NCBI GenBank assembly: GCA_050250895.1
Contig: JBFWNU010000002.1
Coordinates: 823,659 to 887,658, forward strand
DNA length: 64,000 bases
Source of the DNA: Vulcanimicrobiota bacterium
Lineage (GTDB): Bacteria > Vulcanimicrobiota > Xenobia > Xenobiales > JADMJV01
Direction of reading: 5' to 3'
In this document: piece by piece, positions 9,827 through 19,464 of the stretch
How positions within the stretch are numbered: the first letter of the stretch is position 1
How the letters are laid out: every line of letters begins with the position of its first letter
Position numbers and translations under genes: made by a program
Notes under the pieces: model-generated
Database searches by the model: none
Seen by the model: only the letters and a program-made list of their open reading frames with translations
Told to the model about the DNA's origin: nothing

Positions 9827-10558
9827 TTGGGCGACGAATCAGAACTCCCCTCTTTAAAAGAACCCGACCTCTACCCCGCGGCCGGTTGGGGTGCGCTGGG
9901 AGCTCTCTACCTGGTGTTTTTTCTCTTTCCCCCGCTGGGCCCCGCCATGGGTGGCTTCGTGCTGTTGCTGGATGTGGCTCTGGCCTTTTGTTTGGCCGCG
10001 TTCAGCCTTTTCGATAGCCGGCGCCGGCCGGGAGCGCCCACGGTTGGATACTGGATCGTGGTGTTGCTGCTGCCCTTGCAGGTGGCCGGCCTGGGCTCGA
10101 CCCTCAAAGCCCCCGATGACTTTGGCAACCCCTGGCCGTGGGTGGCGGCCATCCCCACTCCTTTGCTCGGTCTGACGGCCATGCTGGCCCTTTTCTTGAG
10201 TGTCACGGTCGGCTTGTGGTCGCTGGCCATCGTGAAGCGCTCCAACGACTTGTTCTATGCTGAGGATCTCAGCCTGGGAATGGCCAGTTTCACGCTCACT
10301 CGCGACTTCGATAGCTGGATCCACCTGGCCGCCAGAAGACGCGACCTTACTCGCTCCAAGACGGCTTCTTACCTACTGTTCCAGAATTCCATCCTGATGA
10401 TTCTAGCGGCCTGGCTGGGGTCCATGCTGGTGGACACCGATGTGCTGGCGGGCGTGGTGGCCCAAAACACCTGCGTCGCTTGCGCGGCCAACGCCTTGTT
10501 CAACCTGGCGCTGGCTTTTCTAACCGGCGCCAACCCCGATTTTTACGGCGAGGCTTAA
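9827..10558 (+). CDS. Hypothetical integral membrane protein
   Basis: About 6 hydrophobic segments. Confidence 0.55.
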   Translation: MGDESELPSLKEPDLYPAAGWGALGALYLVFFLFPPLGPAMGGFVLLLDVALAFCLAAFSLFDSRRRPGAPTVGYWIVVLLLPLQVAGLGSTLKAPDDFGNPWPWVAAIPTPLLGLTAMLALFLSVTVGLWSLAIVKRSNDLFYAEDLSLGMASFTLTRDFDSWIHLAARRRDLTRSKTASYLLFQNSILMILAAWLGSMLVDTDVLAGVVAQNTCVACAANALFNLALAFLTGANPDFYGEA

Positions 10559-10560
10559 GC

Positions 10561-11070
10561 TCAGACCGAGGGCAGATTGAAAAGGGAACCGGACTTACCC
10601 TGACTGATTTTCAATGCATCCAGGTCTTCTAGCAGCTTGGCCGCATGCGAGCAGACCCCACGAAAAAAGCGCAGCAAGTGTTCTTCGGCCGCGTCGAGAG
10701 TGTCTTGACCCTCAGCCAGGGCCCCTTCCATCAGGGCGATCGCCTGATAGCCATCGCCCATGGCCTGATCGATGCCGGCCAGACTGCCCGCGAAGGTGTC
10801 CTTGAGGGCCGGGGTGAGCTGTTCTGACAGGCTCACGTCCTGCAGGCGCCATTTCTGCTCGAAAAGTTCGAACATCTCGATAAAGCGTTGCAAGGCCTCG
10901 GCCGCATCCTCGATGTCGAGTTCGCCCTTGCGCAAGTCATCGAGCACCACCAGCATCTGACTCACATGATTGATGCCCGAAACGGGCGGGCGCAAGGAGT
11001 GTGGCGAAGAACAACTTTCGCACTGCCGGACTTTGGATGGAAGTTCAGAGCCGCAGAACAGGCAAATCAC
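10561..11070 (-). CDS. Zinc-ribbon plus helical-bundle hypothetical protein
   Basis: MICLFCG...CESC at the N-terminus, then amphipathic helices. Confidence 0.65.
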   Translation of the reverse strand: MICLFCGSELPSKVRQCESCSSPHSLRPPVSGINHVSQMLVVLDDLRKGELDIEDAAEALQRFIEMFELFEQKWRLQDVSLSEQLTPALKDTFAGSLAGIDQAMGDGYQAIALMEGALAEGQDTLDAAEEHLLRFFRGVCSHAAKLLEDLDALKISQGKSGSLFNLPSV

Positions 11071-11243
11071 AACCCACGCACATCCAAGCCAAACAGGTCT
11101 ACCAGCAAATCGCGCATCAGATCTTCTATCTGCTCCGCGCTGCCGAGCGATTCCTCTTGGGCTTCGACATTCCAGAAGTCGCCATCGACCCCCAAAAGCT
11201 GGTCGAGATCATCGACTATTTCGCGTATCTGCTCTAGTTGCAC
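11067..11243 (-). CDS. Small acidic protein (58 aa), below the ORF-track cutoff
   Basis: MQLEQIREIVDDLDQLLGVDGDFWNVEAQEESLGSAEQIEDLMRDLLVDLFGLDVRGL; TGA overlaps the GTG of the next gene (GTGA coupling). Confidence 0.5.
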   Translation of the reverse strand: MQLEQIREIVDDLDQLLGVDGDFWNVEAQEESLGSAEQIEDLMRDLLVDLFGLDVRGL

Positions 11244-11375
11244 AATCTCAGGGGGGCAAGGAGCGACCCTGCGGGTCGGGAGAAGGAGCTCTCGCTGCGC
11301 TCGAGGGATAAGGAGCGAAAATGAGCTGTCGCCCCTTTCGGGACGGCGGCTTGGCGGCTGCGCGCAGGCGCAGCT

Positions 11376-12569
11376 TTACGGTCCCATCAGCACGCCGTCT
11401 TCATTGACGAACGCGCCGTTGGTATTGGCCGCCGGAGCGGTCGGGGTGACTTCGGATTTTTCGCTGCCGGCACCGCCCGAGAACAGGCCGGTGAACCAGT
11501 TCCAACCGCGGTCGACCAGCTCGCCACCCTGCTCGAGCCAGGTGTCGTCGTTGTCGCCGACGGTCTGGGTGATGACCTGATCCTCGCCGTTGACTCGGCC
11601 GGTGACGGTGGTGGCGCCTTCGGCATCGCGAGTGACGGTGACTGATGACGCTCCGTCGGCCGAACCTTCTTTAGGCTTCTCGCTTTCGAAGCCGAAGAAT
11701 TCGGCCACGCCGCGGCCGAAGTTCTCGACCGCGCCGTCCGAGCTGCGCTCGGAGATGTCGACATCGGTGGTGACATCACCGGCGCCGTTGCTGCCAGGGT
11801 TGGTCACGGTCAGGGTCTCGCCATCGGTCTTGGCGCCCAGGTTGGGGTTGCGGTCGATGTCGGCGATGGTTACTTTGGAGGCATCGGGAGCGGCCTCGGT
11901 GTTCACGCGCGAGACCGCGCTGCCGTTGCCGTTCATGGCCACGGTCTCGGCCTTGACGGTATCCCCGTCAGCCGAGATAGCGGTGTCGGCTCGACCCTTT
12001 TCCGGCACGGTGGTGCTGCTGCTGATGCTCGCCCCGCCGTTGTCGGTAGCCACCGTGGCGGTGCTGGTCCCGTCTTCGTTCTTCTTCATGGTGCCGTCGA
12101 TTCCGACTTCACCGTTAGAGACGCTGGCGGTCTGCTCTTCGCCGGGTTTGAGATCCTGGCTGGAGAGGGCTTCAGCATTTTCTTTGCCAGGCACGACCAA
12201 TTTCTGGCCCGGATGAATCAGGTTAGGGTTCTTCAAATCGTTGGCCGAGGCGACTTTGTCGATGAGGGTCTTGCCGTCCTCATCCCGCTTGTAAATCTCC
12301 GAGAGCGAGTAGCCCTGGTTGCGCAGGATGCCTTCCAGCGAGTCGTTCTTGCCTTGCTTCCAGCCGTCGACGCTGACTTCGCTCGAGGAGGGGGCGAACG
12401 AGGCGAACGGATTGGGACGCTCGGCACCCACGCTCAAGGTGGCTGTGTCACCGGTGGTGACCGGGGCCGATTGCACCGTGGGGGCGGCGGCCGTTTCGGG
12501 ACGTGGAGCCAGACGGGGGGCGGCTACTGGGGCTGCGGATGGGGCGTTTCCTACGGCGGCTGCGGACAT
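11376..12569 (-). CDS. Protein with a variant LysM-like domain and a Thr/Asp/Gly-rich beta region
   Basis: VDGWKQGKNDSLEGILRNQGYS...VASANDLKNPNLIHPGQKLVVP (LysM-type ending); AGGAG RBS. Confidence 0.75.
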   Translation of the reverse strand: MSAAAVGNAPSAAPVAAPRLAPRPETAAAPTVQSAPVTTGDTATLSVGAERPNPFASFAPSSSEVSVDGWKQGKNDSLEGILRNQGYSLSEIYKRDEDGKTLIDKVASANDLKNPNLIHPGQKLVVPGKENAEALSSQDLKPGEEQTASVSNGEVGIDGTMKKNEDGTSTATVATDNGGASISSSTTVPEKGRADTAISADGDTVKAETVAMNGNGSAVSRVNTEAAPDASKVTIADIDRNPNLGAKTDGETLTVTNPGSNGAGDVTTDVDISERSSDGAVENFGRGVAEFFGFESEKPKEGSADGASSVTVTRDAEGATTVTGRVNGEDQVITQTVGDNDDTWLEQGGELVDRGWNWFTGLFSGGAGSEKSEVTPTAPAANTNGAFVNEDGVLMGP

Positions 12570-12711
12570 GGCGTGAATCTCTCCTGCGTGTTTATTGCCC
12601 CCAGGTTAACATGCGGATGTTACTGGCATGTTGCTGGCACAATCGCTGTGGTGTTAAATTTCTGTGAACTGTGTGTAAAGTTCTTCCATTCTCCTTAAAG
12701 TTTTCTTCGCT

Positions 12712-15009
12712 CTAGCGATTGATCTGGTTGAGAATCTGCTGCTTTCGCTGTTCTCCGGCCACGGCCGCCCAGGCGTTGAGCCAGGCCGTGGCTCCCTGGG
12801 CCGAACGCCAGGCATCGGTGCGGTCGCCGAGAGTGGACCACAGTTGATAGCTGCGGAGATTGTTCTCGAGAGGGCGAGTGACATCGTCACCCAATTGCTG
12901 GTGCTCAGCCCAGACCAGCCAGCGAACCATCGAGTCGACCAACAGGCCGGCGTGGTCTTTGCTCCACTGTAAGCCCGGCAAGAAAAGGGGACCGCCTTTC
13001 CAGGGGACCTCTTTGGCGTCGGGGTTGAAACTGAGCAAACGCAAGACCACCGGAGCCACCTGGGTGCCCCGGTTGGCCTGGGCGCCCAGCATGCCGGCCG
13101 CCAACTGGCGCACCTGCTGGCTGGGGTCTTCAAACATGGCCCGGGCCAGGGCGCCGGTGTCGAGATGATCGACCATGCCGGCCAGAATCGAGCTGAGCTC
13201 GGGATTGGTGGCGGCCGCCTTGATGAGCTTCTGGGTGGGCAGATTCGACCTGGCGCTCAGCTGCCCCGACAGCTTCTGCTGAAAGGTTCGTCGGGCGGCC
13301 GGGAACATCGTGACCAGTTGCGAATGCTCGAGCGTCTGGTCGAGGGAAGACGAGCTCTCGATGCGGGCCGCGGCGGCCCAGGTGCGTAGCAAGAGAGGCT
13401 CGCTCTGGTCGCGATGGAGCCGCTGCAGGCGGGTGTCGACCTGGGTCCCGCCGATGCGGGCCAGGCAGGCGATGGCAAAACCCCGCTGGCTGAGATCGGC
13501 TCCCTGGGCGGCGGCCAGTTTGAGCAAGCCGGGGGTGCTTTCCTGGCGCCGCTCGATCAACTGGTCGGCGGCGCTCGAGGCGCGTTCGGGGTCGGCCAGG
13601 GCGGCCAGCAGGGCGTTGACGGTGGGGGCGGCTGCCCACACCGTCAGGCTGGTAGCCAGCACCAGCCCGGCCAGAGTGAGGCGGCGCCGGCCGGCCCACA
13701 GGCCACCCAGCAGCGCCAGGACGGCCAGGGCCAGACCCTCTTGCACCGGCCGGTTAGCCGAGTCCGGCATAGCGTAGGGCTCGAAGCGAATATTGTCGCG
13801 GGCCAGAAGGTCGCGCGGAAACTCCCCTTCGATGACCGTCAGGGTCATTTGCTTGACCCGAGCCAGGACCGGCTTGAGCGCAGCCTCGCGGCCGCTGGAC
13901 AGATACTGTTCGTTGAGTTCATTGATTTCGGGGCCGCGCATTTTGAGGCGCTCTCCGATTTCGAGCAAGGCCTTTTCCTTCTTCTCGAAGTCGTGCAGCA
14001 GAGCGTCTTGCCCCACCGCCAACAGGTCCGAGGCGAACAGTTCGCGAGCGATTCCGTTCTTGGGATCGGGGTTTCGCTGGCTTGGCAACTGGGCGCGCTG
14101 GGCCGCCGACAGGTCGTCGATGGTGCCACCCAGGATCTTGAGCGGCAGGGGTTCGGTCAGGTTGCGAAAGACTTCCACGCCCGGCAGTTGGCGCTTGACG
14201 AACGAGTCGGGCAGGCCCTTGATTTTCATGGGCTGGTCGGCCAGTAGATAGACTACATTGTTCAATTCGCCGGCGTTGAAGGCCGACAGGCGCATGGGCA
14301 CCACCAGTTCTTTACTGGGAAAGCGAAATCCCATGCCCTGCACATAGCCGTCGAAGGGGCGTCCCGGCGTCTTGCCCGGTTCGACCCGACGCATGCCGGG
14401 ACGGGGATCGGCGGCCGATTTGTCACCCACCCGGGTCTTGACGGTCACGAAACACCAGCGCGCGGCCACATACTCTTCGCAGACCGAGTCCATGCCGTCG
14501 GGATAGCGATATCCATGCTCCTTCATCCAGCGACTGAGAGCCCCGGCGCTGCCGGCTTCGAGCACCGCTACCTGGTACATTCCCACCGCTTCTTCGCGAA
14601 GGACCCGCACCTCATCCCGGTCAAGCATCAGTCCGCCCGAGCCCTGGGCCGCTCGGGTGGGGGCGCCGCTTTCATACATAGCGGGGTGGGGGCGCAAATC
14701 GATGATCACCGGCGGAGGGTCGACGGCGGCGGCCAGATGCTCGAAGGTGGCATCGGGGATTTTGCGGATAGCCGGGGCAGTGGGGAAGGGGATGAGCATC
14801 CCGAAATCGTCGACCCGGCCGCTAAACCCGGGACGCAGGGCGATAGTCTCGATGCCATTCCGATAGAAGACATAGGTCTGTTGCTTGCCGATGCGCGAGA
14901 TCGCGGGACCGGGACCGTCGACCGACTGGATGGGTGGAACCATCCCGCACGGGTCGGCCAGGGCCAGGCTACTGAGCAGGGCGATAAAGATGGGAATCCA
15001 GGCTCTCAT
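12712..15009 (-). CDS. DUF2330-like secreted domain joined by a hydrophobic hairpin to a HEAT-repeat-like domain
   Basis: Signal peptide, then DPCGM, DDFGMLIPFP, EEAVGMYQVAVL, LVVPMRLSA (DUF2330-like); TM-RRR-TM junction; helical HEAT-like C-terminus. Confidence 0.7.
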   Translation of the reverse strand: MRAWIPIFIALLSSLALADPCGMVPPIQSVDGPGPAISRIGKQQTYVFYRNGIETIALRPGFSGRVDDFGMLIPFPTAPAIRKIPDATFEHLAAAVDPPPVIIDLRPHPAMYESGAPTRAAQGSGGLMLDRDEVRVLREEAVGMYQVAVLEAGSAGALSRWMKEHGYRYPDGMDSVCEEYVAARWCFVTVKTRVGDKSAADPRPGMRRVEPGKTPGRPFDGYVQGMGFRFPSKELVVPMRLSAFNAGELNNVVYLLADQPMKIKGLPDSFVKRQLPGVEVFRNLTEPLPLKILGGTIDDLSAAQRAQLPSQRNPDPKNGIARELFASDLLAVGQDALLHDFEKKEKALLEIGERLKMRGPEINELNEQYLSSGREAALKPVLARVKQMTLTVIEGEFPRDLLARDNIRFEPYAMPDSANRPVQEGLALAVLALLGGLWAGRRRLTLAGLVLATSLTVWAAAPTVNALLAALADPERASSAADQLIERRQESTPGLLKLAAAQGADLSQRGFAIACLARIGGTQVDTRLQRLHRDQSEPLLLRTWAAAARIESSSSLDQTLEHSQLVTMFPAARRTFQQKLSGQLSARSNLPTQKLIKAAATNPELSSILAGMVDHLDTGALARAMFEDPSQQVRQLAAGMLGAQANRGTQVAPVVLRLLSFNPDAKEVPWKGGPLFLPGLQWSKDHAGLLVDSMVRWLVWAEHQQLGDDVTRPLENNLRSYQLWSTLGDRTDAWRSAQGATAWLNAWAAVAGEQRKQQILNQINR

Positions 15010-15173
15010 GGTGTCTCCTCTTGATAGGCTGGCTCGAGCACCACGCGACTTTGCACTCGAGCGTGGGTTGTGCGAGCTCCATTAGAGATCCAAATGCTCT
15101 CCAGGGTCTGCCAGTCGTCTCCGCTGCGTAGGACCGTGAACCACGGTCCGGCCACTGTGTAGCGGCCCTCCAG

Positions 15174-15698
15174 TCATATTCGTTGCCAGAGGTGGTGCAG
15201 CCCGACCCGTTTGACCGTGCCCGAGGCCTCGGGCGGTTGGAAATCGCTGACCCTCAAAGGGTGAAAAACATGGCGGATGTCGAGCGGGACTCGCATGGGC
15301 TCCATCCAGACTCGAACGACATTCTGCTCGTCGATAATGCGAAATTCGACCGTGGCGAACTCTCGTCGCAACTCGCGGCGTAGCAATCTCTCGCGGTCGA
15401 CATCGAGCGGGCCAGGCCCTTCGGTTTCAAGCAGGCGACGACTCTGGCGCCCGAAATAGAGCAGCTCTTCGAGGGCGGGGCTCTCTTCGGTCATCGGCTC
15501 GTCGGCGAAGGCCGTCAGCAACTGGTGGAAGCGCTCTTGGGACAGGGGAGGGGTGGGATGGTTCGACAGGGCGCAGCCCGACGAGCACATCGTTTTGCCG
15601 TGCGGGTGGGGCACCGCCAGCGTCGGTCCATCGAGCCCGTCGGCAGCAGTCGGTAGAGCCAACCAGAGTAAAATGATGAAACCGATGAGTGCTGACAT
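15174..15698 (-). CDS. Secreted hypothetical protein
   Basis: Signal peptide; HPHGKTMCSSGCALSNH Cys/His cluster; C-terminal GTVKRVGLHHLWQRI. Confidence 0.65.
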   Translation of the reverse strand: MSALIGFIILLWLALPTAADGLDGPTLAVPHPHGKTMCSSGCALSNHPTPPLSQERFHQLLTAFADEPMTEESPALEELLYFGRQSRRLLETEGPGPLDVDRERLLRRELRREFATVEFRIIDEQNVVRVWMEPMRVPLDIRHVFHPLRVSDFQPPEASGTVKRVGLHHLWQRI

Positions 15699-15791
15699 GA
15701 TCTCCCCCTGTCGCCAGGACGACTTTTCTTCTTCCGCGGGATCTCCTGCGAAGAGGGTTCCTCCTGCGGCCAAGAGAAATTGCCAGAGCCC

Positions 15792-16298
15792 ATGAAGAAC
15801 CTCTCGCGCTGCCTCTTACTGTTCGCTCTCTTCGCGCTGCCGGCCCTGGCCCAGACCCGCGAAGACCAGCTCAAAACTGCCTTCGTATACCAATTCATTC
15901 GCTACGTCGAGTGGCCCCAACCCCTGACCACAGCCCGCCTGGCCGTGGTCGGCGAAGGCGAGTTCGCCGACGCCTTGATGTCGCTCGAGGGTCGCGACGC
16001 CGACGGGGTCCGGATCGAGGTTCGTCCGGTGGCCGACATCAGCGAGCTGGGGGGCTACGACGTGATCTTCGTGAGTCGTTCTCACGCCACGCTCATCCCC
16101 TCCATTCTCGAACAGCTCCGCGGAAAGCCCGTGCTGACGGTGAGTGATTCAGCCGGCTTTTGCAAGGCCGGCGGGGGCATCGAATTGACCGAGGTGCAGA
16201 ACCGGCTGCGCTATCGCGTGGCCCTCGAGGCCCTGGCGGAGGCCGGCCTCAAGCCTGGCGACGCTCTGCTGAAGTCGGCTCTTACCGACCTCCAGTGA
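15792..16298 (+). CDS. YfiR-family (DUF4154) periplasmic protein
   Basis: EDQLKTAFVYQFIRYVEWP, PVLTVSD..GFCKAGGGIEL, RLRYRV. Confidence 0.85.
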   Translation: MKNLSRCLLLFALFALPALAQTREDQLKTAFVYQFIRYVEWPQPLTTARLAVVGEGEFADALMSLEGRDADGVRIEVRPVADISELGGYDVIFVSRSHATLIPSILEQLRGKPVLTVSDSAGFCKAGGGIELTEVQNRLRYRVALEALAEAGLKPGDALLKSALTDLQ

Positions 16299-18268
16299 GC
16301 CCTGGCGAGGGGGCCCTCGAGGCTCTGCTCGAGGATCTTCGCGACGACGGTCGGGCCGAGTCCTCCGGCGGCTTCAGCCTGGACCCCGTTCGCGGCCTCG
16401 AGCTGCTGCGCACCCATCTCGAGCCCGATACCTATGTGCTGCACCTGGTGTCGGCCGCACTCGTCTCGGGGGCCCAACGACTCGACCTCGCCCTCGACTC
16501 TTACGAGTTCAGCCTGAGCTGGCACCCCCGTTTGACGGTCGAGGCCTCGCTGTTGGAACGTCTCGACCGTTACCTCTTGTCGGAGCAGAGCCAGCAGAAC
16601 CTTTTTATGCGCGAGCTGGCCATCGGTTTCTACGCGGCCGCCATCGAGGAGCCCATCGAGATGTTCCTCGACGGTCCGGCCGGTCGATTGCGCCTGGTCG
16701 ACCACCGTCCGGCCCTCGAGCCTGGGAGCATCCCTCACTTTCGCTTTTACCGCCGCCTGGGGACCGAGGCCCGACGCCTGCTGCAAGGGCTGGTCAATCG
16801 CTTTCCAGAAGAGGTGGTGCTACGCAGGCGTTGCCGCCACTCGCCCGTTCCGATCTGGCTCAACCGACAACCCCTGCCCCGGGGGGCCGAGTTAGAAAGA
16901 ACACTCTTCGTTATCGGCCTCGAGGACGCCCTGGTCGCCTTTTGCCGACGCGAGCAGCAGGTCCGGTCGCGGTTGACCTGGGTAGTCAATGGGGTCGACT
17001 TCGAGGCCCCCGTCCGCGGCCTGTCCCAGGCCGAGACCCGGGTGATCGGCTGGAATTCGACTCTCACCAAGGACTTGACTGATAGCGGTCTGGTCGATAA
17101 CGACCACTACCAGGCGGTTCGCCGACGGTTGCGGGGAACGGTGGCCGAAGCCGCCGTCAGAGCGGTCGCCGCCGTGCCGGCTCAACTGACCGGGCGCGAC
17201 GGCCGCGGCGTGCTCTTGATGGCCGCCGACAGTTTGCGCCGGCAGGCTCGCCTGACCGAGCTAGCCCGGGTTTTCGAGCTTGTGCTCGAAGACCGGGCGC
17301 GCGAGTTGGGCCCCGACCACCCCGCCACCCGGCGGAGCCTGACCGAGCAAGCATGGCTCGAACAGTTGCGGGCCGGGCGACCCCACGAACCGGCCGCCCC
17401 GGCGGCCCCGGCCCAACAGCGTCTTGAGCAAGCCGAGGTCAGGTTGCGGACGGGACCGAGCCAGAGCGCCCTGAGTCAGCGGGCTGTCGCCCTGTTCGAG
17501 CTAGGTCGGGCCGAAGAGGCCGAGAAGGTGGCCCAGGCTGCTCTCAGACAAGCTTTGCGCAACCATGGAGCGGTCCACCCTGAAACCGCCGGGGCTCGCT
17601 CTTTGTTGGCTGGTCTGGCCCTGGCCACTCGCCGGCCCGAGGCTCTCGACCTGCTCGCTCAGGCCGACCAGGCCCTGGGGCCCGAATTGGCTGGCAGCCA
17701 CCACCACCGATTGGCCTTGCGGGCCTGCCGAGTCAAGGCTGGCGGCAACGACCCCGACTTGCTAGAGCTAGCGGTGGCGGCCTGGGGGGCCGATCACCCC
17801 TGTCTGGCCTGGCTCTACGAAGCTCTCGGTCAGCCGCAGAGGGCGCTCGAGCTGGCGGCTCTGGCCTGTCGCCGACCCTGGCGCGGCGATCCGTTCTTTG
17901 GGCTGCCCATCGGCTATGGCGGCTGGTTTACGGCGGCGCGCCTGAGCGAGCCGGTCTGGCAGCCGTTCATGATCGGCACGAACCTCGAGTGTCAGCGGTT
18001 GCTGCGACGATTGCTGCGCTCGAGCCAACCTGAGCTGGCTTCGGCCGTTCTGGCCACCCGAGTCGGATGCGAGTTCGAGCAGGGGCAGGTGCGTTTGCGC
18101 GTCGACAGCCCCCGTTCGGTGGTCGGGGTCGAGGTCGGTGATGTCCTCTTGCCCGTTCTTGCCGGCCAACGCGAGTGGGTGGTGCCCTCACCCGCAGCCC
18201 GCGTTTGCGTGGTCTTCGACGACGGTTTCGCCTGGACCGAGGCCATCGGCCAGGAGTCGCCGCTCTAG
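16295..18268 (+). CDS. TPR-containing protein with a degenerate GHKL/HSP90-like N-terminal domain
   Basis: GTGA coupling to yfiR; ESSGGFSLDP..YVLHLVSAALVSGA; TPR_12-like LGPDHPAT and HGAVHPET motifs. Confidence 0.55.
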   Translation: MSPGEGALEALLEDLRDDGRAESSGGFSLDPVRGLELLRTHLEPDTYVLHLVSAALVSGAQRLDLALDSYEFSLSWHPRLTVEASLLERLDRYLLSEQSQQNLFMRELAIGFYAAAIEEPIEMFLDGPAGRLRLVDHRPALEPGSIPHFRFYRRLGTEARRLLQGLVNRFPEEVVLRRRCRHSPVPIWLNRQPLPRGAELERTLFVIGLEDALVAFCRREQQVRSRLTWVVNGVDFEAPVRGLSQAETRVIGWNSTLTKDLTDSGLVDNDHYQAVRRRLRGTVAEAAVRAVAAVPAQLTGRDGRGVLLMAADSLRRQARLTELARVFELVLEDRARELGPDHPATRRSLTEQAWLEQLRAGRPHEPAAPAAPAQQRLEQAEVRLRTGPSQSALSQRAVALFELGRAEEAEKVAQAALRQALRNHGAVHPETAGARSLLAGLALATRRPEALDLLAQADQALGPELAGSHHHRLALRACRVKAGGNDPDLLELAVAAWGADHPCLAWLYEALGQPQRALELAALACRRPWRGDPFFGLPIGYGGWFTAARLSEPVWQPFMIGTNLECQRLLRRLLRSSQPELASAVLATRVGCEFEQGQVRLRVDSPRSVVGVEVGDVLLPVLAGQREWVVPSPAARVCVVFDDGFAWTEAIGQESPL

Positions 18269-18284
18269 TTGGGAACGTTGGCCC

Positions 18285-18704
18285 ATGGACTTTCACTTCG
18301 AGCTGAACTCACGGGTCGAGCTTCGCGACCTCGACGCGCTCGGTCACGTCTACCACGTCAACTATCTGGTCTTCTTCGAAAACGTGCGCACCGCTTTCTG
18401 GTTCGACCTCACCGGCCATCAGGGTCTCGAGGCCCTCGATTTCGTGATGGCCACGGTGACCTGCAACTATCACGCGCCCGTCTACATGGGCGAGCAAGTG
18501 TGCTCACGCCTGCGGATCGAGAAGGTAGGCAACAAGAGCCTCACCCTGGCCTATGAGGTCTATTCCTCAAGCCAGGGCCGGGTGGTGGCCGACGGAATCT
18601 CGGTGCAAGTGGCTTACGACTATTCGAGCCGCCAGTCCAAGGCTATGGCTCCGGAACTCAAGGAGCGCCTGCTGAACTATTCGCGACCCAGAGCCAGAAA
18701 ATAG
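18285..18704 (+). CDS. Acyl-CoA thioesterase (4HBT/YbgC family)
   Basis: RDLDALGHVYHVNYLVFFENVR. Confidence 0.85.
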   Translation: MDFHFELNSRVELRDLDALGHVYHVNYLVFFENVRTAFWFDLTGHQGLEALDFVMATVTCNYHAPVYMGEQVCSRLRIEKVGNKSLTLAYEVYSSSQGRVVADGISVQVAYDYSSRQSKAMAPELKERLLNYSRPRARK

Positions 18705-19384
18705 CTCCAGGGAGGGTGATCGGGGGGGCGGCAGTCTACCTCGACGGGCTTTTTGCTGACGGGGTGAAGCAGTCCCAGTCGCCCCGACCAGAGGGCGATC
18801 TTTCCGCCGCGGAGGGGGCGCTTGGCTCCGTACTTCACGTCGCCCACCAGGGGGTAGCCGTGAGCGGCCAGTTGGGCACGGATCTGGTGATGGCGGCCGG
18901 TCATCAGTTCGACCTCGAGTAGAGAAAGCTCTCGGGCGGACTCTAGCAGACGAAAGCGCAGTTCGGCTCGTTTGGCCCCTTTGGCCTCGGACGAAACGAC
19001 GTAGGAGCGGTTCTGCTTGGCATTCTTGCGCAGATGGTCCACCAGTTGGCCGTGTTCGGGGGTCTGTCCGTGCACGACGGCCAGATAAGATTTGGTCAGG
19101 GTGCGGTCGCGAAATTGAGGGTGCAGGCGGGCGGCCGCCTTAGAGGTCTTGGCAAAGACCATCACCCCCCCGGCCGGCCGGTCGATGCGGTGCACCAACC
19201 CGACGAAGGCCTCGCCGGGCTTGGAGTAGCGCTCTTTAAGATAGCTCTTGACCCAGTCCAGCAGCGAAAGGTCGCCCGACGGGTCGGGTTGAGCCGGCAT
19301 GGAATGAGGCTTGGCCACGAACAGCAAATGGTTATCTTCCAGGAGGACTTTCGGTTCCACGCGAACGATTGCGTCGATGTCCAC
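18677..19384 (-). CDS. RluA-family pseudouridine synthase
   Basis: VHRIDRPAGG catalytic motif, TGRHHQIRAQL, PLVGDVKYG. Confidence 0.9.
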   Translation of the reverse strand: MDIDAIVRVEPKVLLEDNHLLFVAKPHSMPAQPDPSGDLSLLDWVKSYLKERYSKPGEAFVGLVHRIDRPAGGVMVFAKTSKAAARLHPQFRDRTLTKSYLAVVHGQTPEHGQLVDHLRKNAKQNRSYVVSSEAKGAKRAELRFRLLESARELSLLEVELMTGRHHQIRAQLAAHGYPLVGDVKYGAKRPLRGGKIALWSGRLGLLHPVSKKPVEVDCRPPDHPPWSYFLALGRE

Positions 19385-19464
19385 CCGCTCCCCTTCTGGC
19401 GGTGCGGAAACTCGAGACGTCCCGGCGATGTTGTCAACAACATCTGACCACTTGAGGGGGTAGC

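Noticed and set aside
11001-11237. 78-aa plus-strand ORF
   Set aside because: It is antisense to a coupled minus-strand small ORF and overlaps the start of the zinc-ribbon gene.
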